This document shows, piece by piece, positions 42,418 through 53,200 of a stretch of DNA of 64,000 bases. The stretch is from Adineta vaga. Taxonomy: Eukaryota > Animalia > Rotifera. The stretch lies in the NCBI GenBank assembly GCA_021613535.1, contig CP075495.1, forward strand, positions 7,936,001 through 8,000,000. The letters run 5' to 3'. The stretch's first letter is position 1. Every line of letters starts with the position of its first letter. The position numbers and the translations under genes are program-made. The notes below the pieces were generated by a model. The model searched no databases and had not been told where the DNA came from. It saw only the letters and a list, made by a program, of their open reading frames with translations.

Positions 42418-43711
42418 AAGGATATGTATTTATATATTTATTTTACACAGAATGGTATTATATGGATGATAGTGTATTTAGTATTACTCATTCGATTGGA
42501 ATAGTCTGACCTCTGGTGAAAATATTATTCTGATCGGTTCATAAGAAGTATGTTCTAAGGTATTAAATGGGGTACAAAATGTGAAGTATATTCATGTCAA
42601 AAGACGATTGACGATCTGTTCTTCCTATATATCAAAGTTAAGCTATTGTTTAAAAGATAAACAAAACATATGGAAAAAAGAGAAGAAGATTCTAGTAATT
42701 TTATGATTTTTTTAAAATTTAAATTCATATTGTTATACTTTTCTCAAATTTCATAATATTTTCGACTCGAACATGGATCTCTATCTAGTAATCAAATATG
42801 ATGTAAATGGTAAGAATGATGACTTATGTATAGTGTTCTATTGCTTCTCCTATGATTTGTTGAAAGCTCAAATGACATATCTTATTCTAAAAGGATCTAT
42901 TTGCTTTTACATATGTACATAGATAAATAAAATTTGCATACTTGACATATGTCGTTTCCTTGTAGTCTAAAGATAGAAGTCTATCTATCAAAAATGTATG
43001 TCTCACTCTTTCATCGTAACGAGTAGGTGTCTCACTCTCATCTATCTATATTTATACATATACGTACATGAAAGATACTATCACAAGGTTGATAATGTCT
43101 ATTTATTCTTCTGAATTCCTCGGGCATTGTCTGTCATTCAATTGACAAGGAGAAGTGTTTGAGTACGCATTCTTTTTTTTTTCTTTTCAATATTGACAAA
43201 CCTTTTGCGAAGCACAGGATTAATTACAAAAATTCTTTAAATCAAAGATTTTTTTCTTCTGTACTACGTAGATATCAAATAATTTTATTATTATGGTAGA
43301 AAAATAAATCATCGAATGACTGCCAAGAAGTAGAGCAATATCAGTGCAATTTTTTTATTCTCCACCATAAGAACGTCTACACACGATAATCACTTTTGGT
43401 CATGCTTCGATTTCACTTGATCGTGCATGTAGATATGTTTCAGCTCAGGTAGATCGATTCAAACTAATAATAATGGAAATGGTTCATTATTTTTAGATAC
43501 TGAATGCTGTATCGATGAAGAAGTGCCTAATGCGGGTATTCTTTAAGTAGAAATAGGCAATCGGATTAAAAAAGTGAAAGAAAATGTTCTTTTTGCTGAA
43601 TGATTATTAAACCATATTATGAAACTCTTGAACTACAATCGGTTTTGTTTTTTCAATTGTCTAATGTTAGGTTTGTTTTAGTTACCTTTATTAAATTTTT
43701 TATTTTTGTAG

Positions 43712-44918
43712 GCTAAGATTCCTTTCTTGGTTGGCTTCACATTTGGATATTCAACATCTACTTGTGTATTTTCATCTTCATTAAAAAAATTCAAAGCGTT
43801 CCTTAGAATAATGCAGTACAAACTTCTACAATAACATCTATATCTGTGCGAGCTTGTTCTACTATCCTTGCAGTAACAACTTCAAATATAACCTCTTCTT
43901 TTCTGATAGCATCTTTTTTTAAATTTAATCTATTCTGTTGCGTCTTTAATAGTTCCAACAGTATCCGATTGATAAACATAATTTTTTGTTGTTGATGATC
44001 TCGTGTAATTTGACGATGTTTGAATATGTTGAATCAATCTATTTATTCGATCTCTTTTTTATCACCACCAATTCATAATATTAATCAATGATTACTAAGG
44101 AGAACTGACGATTTTCTTCACCTTTCAGAACTCGAAAATCTCTTTAGCATAAAAAAGCGAATCCTCTTTTGGTAAAAATATAGGATGTGGTCAATCCGAT
44201 TTAAATGAATCGTTGACAAGAACTTCGACTGCATCTCTTGTTCTCATCTTTTATCGCCCAGGGACTAATTACTGATAATTATGAAACAACTTATGAATTA
44301 ATACCATTTGAAGCTTCTTTCAATTGCTGATCAATCAAGAAAATCAAAGAAACTGAATGGTTTTCGTATCCTAGTCAGACCATCTTTTGTATATGCCTCA
44401 AGAATAGTATGGACTAATGCTATTACATGTTTCATTCAACTATTCATACCATGTTCAGGCCAAAAATATACATTCATCGCTGTATTTCGAGCAAGAAATG
44501 CTAATACAGTTTTTTCTGCATTCATATCGCTTGTTAGACGTTCACAATCTTTATGTCCAACATCAAGTTCGCAATCAATCACGGATGCATGACGAACATT
44601 AATTTAAATGAGTGTAACATTGAAGACATCTTTTAATAGAATATTAAAAAGCTTTAAACCATGGCAAACCATATCCCAAAGAGGGTGAGTCTAGGCATTT
44701 CTTATCATCTAATAAATTCAATATTGTTTTATCAGAATTATTAGCTTTTTTAACCAGAACTAATACTTCTTTACGAAATATTCACAAACACCTGAACCTG
44801 CTGCATTTCAACTGCACATATTTTAATACTTGTTGATGTTGGCCATATAAGCTCATTGATACATACCACCAGAGACAATCACGATCAATGTTTCCTTATC
44901 TTTTGATACTCTCGACAT
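43712..44918 (-). pseudogene. Heavily decayed coding remnant of unknown identity
   Basis: Stop- and frameshift-broken but protein-like minus-strand segments, e.g. MSRVSKDKETLIVIVSGGMYQ*, INVRHASVIDCELDVGHKDCERLTSDMNAEKTVLAFLARNTAMNVYFWPEHG, HRQITRDHQQQKIMFINRILLELLKTQQNRL...IVEQARTDIDVIVEV. Confidence 0.35.
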
Positions 44919-45640
44919 TTTAATTTCACAAAAATTTCTTACTACAAGTAGACAAAAAAATAAACAATTACCAATGTGAATGATATGTATATATGCGTAT
45001 TCAAAGTTGAAGTATATTGCTTTGCAATTGAAATAGAAGAAATTTCTTCAGTGGAAATATTTCAAAAAGACAGATAAAAAGAAAAATAAACCAAATATCT
45101 ATTATTCGATAGGAAAAGCATTGTATCTGTCTATTCAACTATTTTTTTTATTAGCATCCAATCTAATCAAAGGACCAAAAGTCCGACTAAGCGAGATACG
45201 ATTTGGTTATAACTCTCTACAATTTCACAGTTGTACTTCTTTCTTCGATTTAGAGATTGTCTTTTAATACTATCTTTTACAACAGAAATCAATACGAATT
45301 TTTAATGAGATAAACTGAATAAAATTCTTCCTTTTTTTATCAGAACACATGTGTAAAAATATATCAAAGTAGTAAACAAATAATGAAAGGGCTATATATA
45401 GTGTACCATGTAAATCATCCGTTCGCCATTTTCTACTATATTTATAATTCCAATCGATTAGATAACAATCATAGTGATCTGTTGGACCACCTATTTTTAA
45501 TGAACATTTATGAAAATTGTTTGAGATGACGGCATCTTGTCAGCTTCTCTGCTTAATCTGACACTGTCATTCATCATTCATTATGTATATTTTATATAAA
45601 ACAAAGAACACAGAGAATAGAAGAATGATTACATATTTAG

Positions 45641-47197
45641 CTAAGCTATTTCTTTCATCGTTTTGATAAGAGCCAGACGAATAAGTGATTGTACCACACA
45701 ATTTAGCTCATTAGAAAATCCATCAAATACATTCACACAACCTTGTTGACAAGTTTGATTATATGCTTTATTAAATTCATTTAACATAATATCTCGCAAT
45801 AACCAACGAGCACTTGTCCATTGATGATCAGACATTTCTATCCAAGCTGTTACACCACTATTACTTTGTGAATCTCCAGCTAATGTTAATTGAAAAGCAG
45901 ATAATTCTAATTGAATTATCTCATCAAATGAGCCTGTATTCATTCGATTTGGTTGATAATTTGTTTCAATAAAACTCATATCGAAATCCAATGGTGCTAA
46001 TAAAAAAGATGATGATGATGATGATAATAATTTAATAACTAAATTATTCGGATGAGCATTACAATGAACACCTAATTCATCTGTATAAGTACCCCAACTA
46101 ATACGATAATGATGCATTAGACCAAGAATAGATCCACATTCGAAACCAAATCGTTTGTAAACTAAACATAAGAGATCTGCTAAGTGTTTGTTAGTTTGTA
46201 AATAATTATTTAAAACATTAATATGTGTAGTCCACACACGTTGCCAATGATGTTCATCAATATCAGCAGGAATTTCATGGGAAAAATGTGATGATCGGTG
46301 AAGCCATTTAGATTTGTGATAATCAATTGGTCGAAGAATATTTGTTAATGACGCAAACCAAGTTGATAATGGTACAAGTTGTTTACTACTCGTTTCTGAT
46401 TCTGTTAAACGTTCTGAAGGAAATAATGAAATTAAATTTGATTGATCAACAGGATGTGATTGTTCATTTGTAATGATCAACGAAAATAATTGTTCTAAAC
46501 CATATAAAACATGATCAGATAAACGTTTATTACCTAATGTTTCCATTAAAATACAACAACGTTGAATGTTTGACCATTGATGTAAGGAAATATCTTGTAC
46601 AGTTGGAATATCAGAATGAATCTTATCATCAGATAGTTTGTATTCGAACCAACCAATTGAAATATTTGCAGATTGAATTCTATGTGAAGTAAGTAGCTGT
46701 GTGATATAATGTGTCATGTACAATTCACGATGAGTTGTATGAAAAAAAGCACATCCACGAATAGTAAATTTAATATCTGAATTCGAGATAGATTTAATTG
46801 GAAAACCATCTGTATTATCACCACAACCTTTCAATCGATACCATTTTGATGAATGAGTTTTGATCAGCGCAGATCGTGTACCAGAAACAATTCCTTTCAT
46901 AGGACTTGAAAGCTTTGTTTTAATCAATGGATATTGAAATATATTATGTAGTGAATGAGGATTAACGATAGTTGAATCTATTTCGACAGATGTTGTTGGC
47001 AATTCTGGAAGAATCAATTGATGATGAAGATGATTATCATTATCTGTTGATAATACTGAATTTAGAGGAGAAGTATCTTTATTAGTACGACATTCAGATT
47101 CAGGATTACTTAAATGAACTGAACCACAATGATGAGCAAAGTTAATCTTTATAGAACCATAAAATAACAATTCATCGTCTGATAATGCATCCATCAT
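45641..47197 (-). CDS. Intronless 518-aa kinase-fold protein, SelO/YdiU-like pseudokinase
   Basis: SGTRSALI...WYRLKGCG...RGCAFFHTTHRELYMT...SWG...HCNAHPNNLV...LAPLDFDMS are colinear with SelO GDGRxxL, LKGAG, GRAVLRSTIRE, HGVMNTDN, LDYG. Confidence 0.7.
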   Translation of the reverse strand: MMDALSDDELLFYGSIKINFAHHCGSVHLSNPESECRTNKDTSPLNSVLSTDNDNHLHHQLILPELPTTSVEIDSTIVNPHSLHNIFQYPLIKTKLSSPMKGIVSGTRSALIKTHSSKWYRLKGCGDNTDGFPIKSISNSDIKFTIRGCAFFHTTHRELYMTHYITQLLTSHRIQSANISIGWFEYKLSDDKIHSDIPTVQDISLHQWSNIQRCCILMETLGNKRLSDHVLYGLEQLFSLIITNEQSHPVDQSNLISLFPSERLTESETSSKQLVPLSTWFASLTNILRPIDYHKSKWLHRSSHFSHEIPADIDEHHWQRVWTTHINVLNNYLQTNKHLADLLCLVYKRFGFECGSILGLMHHYRISWGTYTDELGVHCNAHPNNLVIKLLSSSSSSFLLAPLDFDMSFIETNYQPNRMNTGSFDEIIQLELSAFQLTLAGDSQSNSGVTAWIEMSDHQWTSARWLLRDIMLNEFNKAYNQTCQQGCVNVFDGFSNELNCVVQSLIRLALIKTMKEIA

Positions 47198-48577
47198 CGA
47201 TATTAGATCTAGAATGTTATTTTAAAAGTATTCAAGACAAAATAAAACCGATCATTGAATACAAGAAACAAAGAAGGAAATATTTTCATTTCTCTTCGAT
47301 ATAATAATTTCAACATCTTTGTGACAATCTAGTACAAAATAATATTAAAATAAGTGGTTTCTATTTTTCTCTCTTTGCGGAATAAACAACATCAAAACAT
47401 GATGAGTCATATGAGCAGGTAAATCGTAAAAGAATACAAGTAGTTTTTCGTTCAGACTACCAGTGATTGGAGAGAATATTATGACAAATATCGTCATACA
47501 ATCATTTTTATACTATTGCATTCATCAACGAGTATTATATCTTATGTTAAATAGAAAATTAAAACATCATGTATCGATGTTATGATGGGAAATATTTTAA
47601 GTGTAATTACTTATTACAACAAAAGTAATGTATCACATGATTATTTTAAATATGACAATATTTCCTGTACACATAAAATCGAGTATATGAAAGAGTTATT
47701 ACTTAACATCGATATACTAATCTGATACAGTCTATCAATTTAATCTCTTGAATAATCCAGGATACTGTGAATGATAAAGTGAATATTTGTATTTATTATC
47801 AAAAAAATTCCATTGAAACGCGAGATTATTTACATAGATTATTTTCCCTTACAAAAATGTTTGATATTTCAATAACTTTATCTTATAAATTACTACAACA
47901 GCAAACATTCTTACACGATACTTTTCTGATTGATTAAAACCACAAAATAAGCAACTGTTATGGTCTTCAAGATGTTTATTTCCTATTCAGCTTTCGCATT
48001 ATAATTAATTAAATAACTTACAGTTAGTCTTTCTGATTTTCATAGTGCATCAATTGAATTAACGCTTTCCTATAAGCAATATACTTAGAATGATATTGAA
48101 TAACATTATTACATAATATAAACATGAATTAATTGAGAAAAGAAAAAAGTTTCTATCAATTTTGTTGCCAAATGTTTACTCTCATACATAATATATTTCA
48201 TCCAGACAATACCTTGAAGCAACAAAAGAGAAAAAAATAAACACACGGACAAAGACAAACTGAGAATACTGATTGGTGACTTAATCTAACAGATTGAGAA
48301 AAAATTCTTAGAAACTCTAATTATGGAACAAAATACACAATTCATAGACAAACAGATAGAAAGAAAGGAAGAAAGAAACTGTTACAATTAATTAATTATC
48401 GTATCACAAAGGTAAGTATATGTATTTATTTATTTGTGTGTGCGTGTTGATGAGAAAAGGATAGATAGACAGATAGATAGAATCTTCTTATCTGACCTCG
48501 TTTTGTTTTCATTGTCCCTCATCCATGGCCTAAATTTTTGACTAGATCTGACCCAATATGTGGATTTTGAACATAAT

Positions 48578-50278
48578 TTAAATAATTGGTGCTGTTTGTG
48601 GGACAAGTTTAAACGAGGTAATACGACGTTTATGATAGATAATATAAGTAATTATAGCAATAACTAACGTCAGACAAAGACAAGATGCAATAATGGCAAA
48701 TGGAATCCATGAGACAGTTAAATATTTCGCTGATTGATGTTCTTTAGAATCTGGATGAACACGTTTCATAACTGGTGTTGAGAATTCATTCTCGATCTCT
48801 TCTGGATCAAGTAATGATGGTGATATTGTTATTGGTTGATTATCAACAGGTATTGTATTAAATTCATTATCATCATATTGAACTCCTTCGATTGGATTAT
48901 ATGTTGAACTAGTTTTTCTATCATTTCCATCATCATATGTCTTTTCAAAAGGATAATCCGGTATCATATTATCATTGAAATCAACTGATGGTGGTTCAAA
49001 TGGTGCAATTGGTGGTGATGATGGTGTAACAACTGGTGGTGTATTTTGTTTTTGTTGATCTTCAATATCTTCTTTTTGTTTTCGTGTAAAATATTCCGAT
49101 ACAATTGGACAGGAAGAAAATAAACAACGATCATTATTTGTTGATTGACATTTAACTAATTGTGATCCATCATCAACCATATTATTAAGAAAAACTAATA
49201 TACAATCACAATCTGGATTTTCATCAGGTAAATATATTATTAAACCAAGCATTCGACGACGATTAATAAAATCTGCTAATGAACAACTTGTACTACCTTG
49301 TAAAGTTGAAAATTGTACATAACGAACATCTAATTGTTTTAAAGCTGTTAATGAATTTAAACTTTCAACATCGAGAATTTTTAAATATGAACCAAGAATT
49401 AATGTTTCAATCTGTTTAACATGTTTTAAAGCACCATCAGCAATACGTTCGGCATCGAATGAAACTGATTTCAATGTCGGAATTCTTTCTAAACCATTGA
49501 GAATTTTTGGTGTAATAGAAACATCCGGTTGAATAATATTTAAACCTGTTAATTGAGTATAATTTAGAAATGATAATGCATCTAATGTACGCATTTTATG
49601 TGCTTCAATTGTATAAGATTGAACTGGAAATGGTGGAAATTCTTCACTATTCACAGTATCAATCATTCGAGTAATTTTTAATGATTGAATATGTCCAGTA
49701 AAATCTTTTAATAGATTTGGTTCATGTGCAACAATTGCACCTTCAAGATTTAAATGTGTAATATTTGTATTATTAAAGATTAATTCAAATGGTGATGATA
49801 ATGAATCGCCATACATTGAAAGTTCATTAACATGTAGATTATCAAAAGCATTTTGATCGAAATTTATTGTTTTAGCTTTCACTGGATGTAATTCTATCGT
49901 TAAACGTTTATTTGTAGATGTAATACCTTGAAATAAATTAGCAAAGGAAGATGCTCGTGCATGAAATGATTGAAAATTTTGAAAACGAAATGTCATTGAA
50001 ACAGATTTTCTTGCTACATTTGGTAGAAGTTGATTGAGAATAAGAAAATAATGTCTTCCAAGTTCAATATCTTCATCGGTTTCAATTTTGAAATCAATTG
50101 AATGAAATTTTTTCGGTGAACTTATAGTTGATGAAGTGAGTATTAATGGTGCAAATTTTGTCATTGTACAACGAATTTCATTGGAATCATAACAAGTACA
50201 TCGTATGCCAACGAATACATCACATGAATATGTTAATGAAATTGATAGAAGAAAAATATAGACATGAAAAAATGCCAT
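48578..50278 (-). CDS. Type I transmembrane leucine-rich-repeat protein, single coding exon
   Basis: Signal peptide, N-terminal Cys cap (CTCY...C), LRR-like spacing (FDNLHVNELSM, FLNYTQLTGLNI, LNSLTALKQLDV), LRRCT-like NPDCDC, Pro/Thr stalk, TM helix, short tail. Splice acceptor just upstream at 50286-50287. Confidence 0.85.
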   Translation of the reverse strand: MAFFHVYIFLLSISLTYSCDVFVGIRCTCYDSNEIRCTMTKFAPLILTSSTISSPKKFHSIDFKIETDEDIELGRHYFLILNQLLPNVARKSVSMTFRFQNFQSFHARASSFANLFQGITSTNKRLTIELHPVKAKTINFDQNAFDNLHVNELSMYGDSLSSPFELIFNNTNITHLNLEGAIVAHEPNLLKDFTGHIQSLKITRMIDTVNSEEFPPFPVQSYTIEAHKMRTLDALSFLNYTQLTGLNIIQPDVSITPKILNGLERIPTLKSVSFDAERIADGALKHVKQIETLILGSYLKILDVESLNSLTALKQLDVRYVQFSTLQGSTSCSLADFINRRRMLGLIIYLPDENPDCDCILVFLNNMVDDGSQLVKCQSTNNDRCLFSSCPIVSEYFTRKQKEDIEDQQKQNTPPVVTPSSPPIAPFEPPSVDFNDNMIPDYPFEKTYDDGNDRKTSSTYNPIEGVQYDDNEFNTIPVDNQPITISPSLLDPEEIENEFSTPVMKRVHPDSKEHQSAKYLTVSWIPFAIIASCLCLTLVIAIITYIIYHKRRITSFKLVPQTAPII

Positions 50279-53200
50279 TGATTATCTAAAATGTAGATAG
50301 AACAAAAGAAGATTGATTTGTCTTTTTTTCATGCTTCATGTCTTTCAATGACAAGATCAACTCCTTTTCTTTTTTTCCATGTTTGAGAGCTGCTCTTATG
50401 TCATAATAAACAGCATGATTTTGAGATAGAAAAAAAAGAAACGAGTACTTTAAAGATAATTAATATGGACAAAAAAGAAAAGAAAACGTACGATGCGAGC
50501 GATGGATCACGACTACTCTCGAAGTAATAAAAGAGAAAAAAAAGTAGAGATGCTGTTCGACGAGCGGATTGATATATAAAGATGTTGTGTCATCATAAAA
50601 TGTATGGATGGTAACATCAATGCGATTTATTTATTTTCTTTTTTTTGTGTTTCTCTCATTCCTTCCGTTCTTTTTCTATTCATTTGTTTTAAGTGTGTCT
50701 CAGTTTTATCCTATTGTTTCAATTCTCGACACCTCTACTTTGAAGGATAATAGAATGGTGTTTGGACTAAATTTCGAGATTTAATCGATTGAATACTATG
50801 TGAGTTCCGTTTTTCTCTCTTTTTTTATCATATAGAGTAGGTCAAGGTCAAGGTGAGTTGTAACTCATTCTAAAACCTGAAATATTCACGCGCATATGTT
50901 GTTTTATATGAACGATTACGTTATGGCTACCTATAAAAATTGTTCAAAAATGTGTGAATAAAACGAAATTGATCTGTTCAACCTATAACTACGACTACGT
51001 TTCACTTTTTATGGTTATTAATTTATTCTCAATGTCTTTCGTATTCAGTATCTTTTCGTATGTTGTTCATAATTACACAGGACATTTATCGTTACAATAA
51101 GATCTATGACTGTATTATCCTAATTGTCCTATACAAAAGAGTAAAAATTAGTAATTACATACTATTGATGTTTAAAAGAAATAGATTAATTCTCATACAA
51201 ATAATATGAGGTATTTACAATGAATGTTCAATCATTTAAGTGTATCTTTTAATGTTTTTCTTTTGCTCTCTCGCTCTCTTGTAGTCTTCTCTTACCGTCG
51301 CCGACGACAATAGTAATGATTACTGATGATGATGATGATGATGATGTAATAATCGATTCGCTACAGCTGTTCTTCAATCGAATCAACTTTCTCCTTCGTT
51401 TTTTTTTGTTTGAATGTGTGAATTTGAAAGAAAAAGGAAGAAAGAATGAAATGAATTGTTCCATATATGAAGACATATAGGGTTATGTATTTATCTAGAC
51501 AAACGAAGTAAAATAGACTGCAATCATGAATGATAAGAAAAGAAAGATTTTCGGCAAGTCAGATCAATGATGATCGACTATTTTCAGAACGTGACATTTT
51601 TCTCGTCTTTGTTTATCTCATAAATAATGACACGGAAGAGAAAGTGTGATCAAATGAAGATGATCTTGTAGGAAAGGAATTCTTTTCGTCTCCAGATGTG
51701 TATGTCAAGGAATATCCAGCCGCTCCATGTCATTCCCAGCATGTTTCGACCTTCATCATTCATGCATCTTACCTGCCTAGTGCCTCATGATAACTTGTTT
51801 GTGTCTGTTCCACTCAGCTTGAAAATGATCAAGATGAATAATCGCAATACTAACTAAGCTTCGATAATTTCCCACATAACTGTAAATAGACACAGCGCCT
51901 TCATACATGTATGTATATATATATATATATATCTCATCCTCCCACTACTACTGTTACTGACGTTCTCGCTAACTATTCTATTACTGTGCGGATGACTTTT
52001 ATTGAAAGAGTAGCGCTAAAAAGAACAGAGACAACAGGCTCTTGCATATTTGGCTCGCCTCTGAGCAATCGCTGAATTTGGTTATAGGAAGAAAAAAGAA
52101 ACGCAAAGAGAAGAAGAAAAACGAAGGACAACGACGATGACGGCGACGATGATGACGAACAAGAACTTCATCGTTCTATGTGTCAATACGATGCATGTCT
52201 GAACCAGTACGAAGTCTTTATGCCATGCGTCACCTTATATGGAAGATAACCTTCGGTTTTTTTTCCGTTCGTAGAAACGAGGATAAGAGAAAAAAGGCTC
52301 ACAAGATGAATACCATCATGATTGAAATAGAGACGCCGCGACGGCTGTTGCTAGAAAAAAAGAGAAAGAACGAGGGGAAAAGAAAGTGACTGAATCGTTT
52401 GTGTAACGTTCAAGGTCTCCTGTTCAAGCTAATACATGTTAAGAAACCACTATCCAAGGTTTCATTCGTTTTCTTTTTACCGCTATCATCATAATTAATC
52501 ATATCACCTGCTTCGTTTCTCAATACTAATAGATTATGACAGAAGACAAAGTAATAGATTCTCTTGTCTCTCTTGATCGACTATCCTTCAATAATCAATC
52601 ATCAAAGCAATATTCAAAAGAATGAAACAAGACACGCATACCACGACATATTCGTATACATACAACTTTTTGTTTCTAATTCTTAAGTATTGAAGGCTGT
52701 GTTCATATAAAATAAATCTATTGTATATGAAATGAATAAGCTCATTGCCAAAGTGATCATATTAATAAACGATATGTTTGAACAATTGTATAGATTGGAT
52801 GATATAAGTGGTAATGTCTAGGTATACTTGATAAATAATGGTTTAACAAACAAGTATGAAAAGAGAAAAAAATATTTCAGTCTAGTATAAATAGACAAGC
52901 TTATCTTTCGATGTATCAAGGGTAACAGAAAAAGAAAACTATGTGCAAGCTTCGACAAAAAAGGTATGTATGTTTATTTGATCGCCGCAAAAAAACGAAA
53001 ACCTCTATGTACACATACCAAAGTATTGATAAATATTACAATACATAGCTTATACAAAACGAAGTCAGAAAAGAAAAAAAACAAAGATTGTATTCAACAT
53101 TCTACTCAAATACTCGTCTTGTTTTATTAATGGTAATATAAGCGAAACAAAAAATAACATGTTTTTTTTTCTACATAAAATAATCAAGGAAAAAATCTCC

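Noticed and set aside
51738-51760. Minimal hammerhead-ribozyme-like core on the minus strand (aTGATGAaggtcGAAACatg)
   Set aside because: Lacks the invariant C of CUGAUGA, no proper stem III/UH cleavage site, and no adjacent Penelope-like element.
51765-51790. CATCTTACC start resembling the miR-8/miR-200 star arm
   Set aside because: No TAATACTG-type partner arm or hairpin follows; better explained as a minus-strand splice donor.
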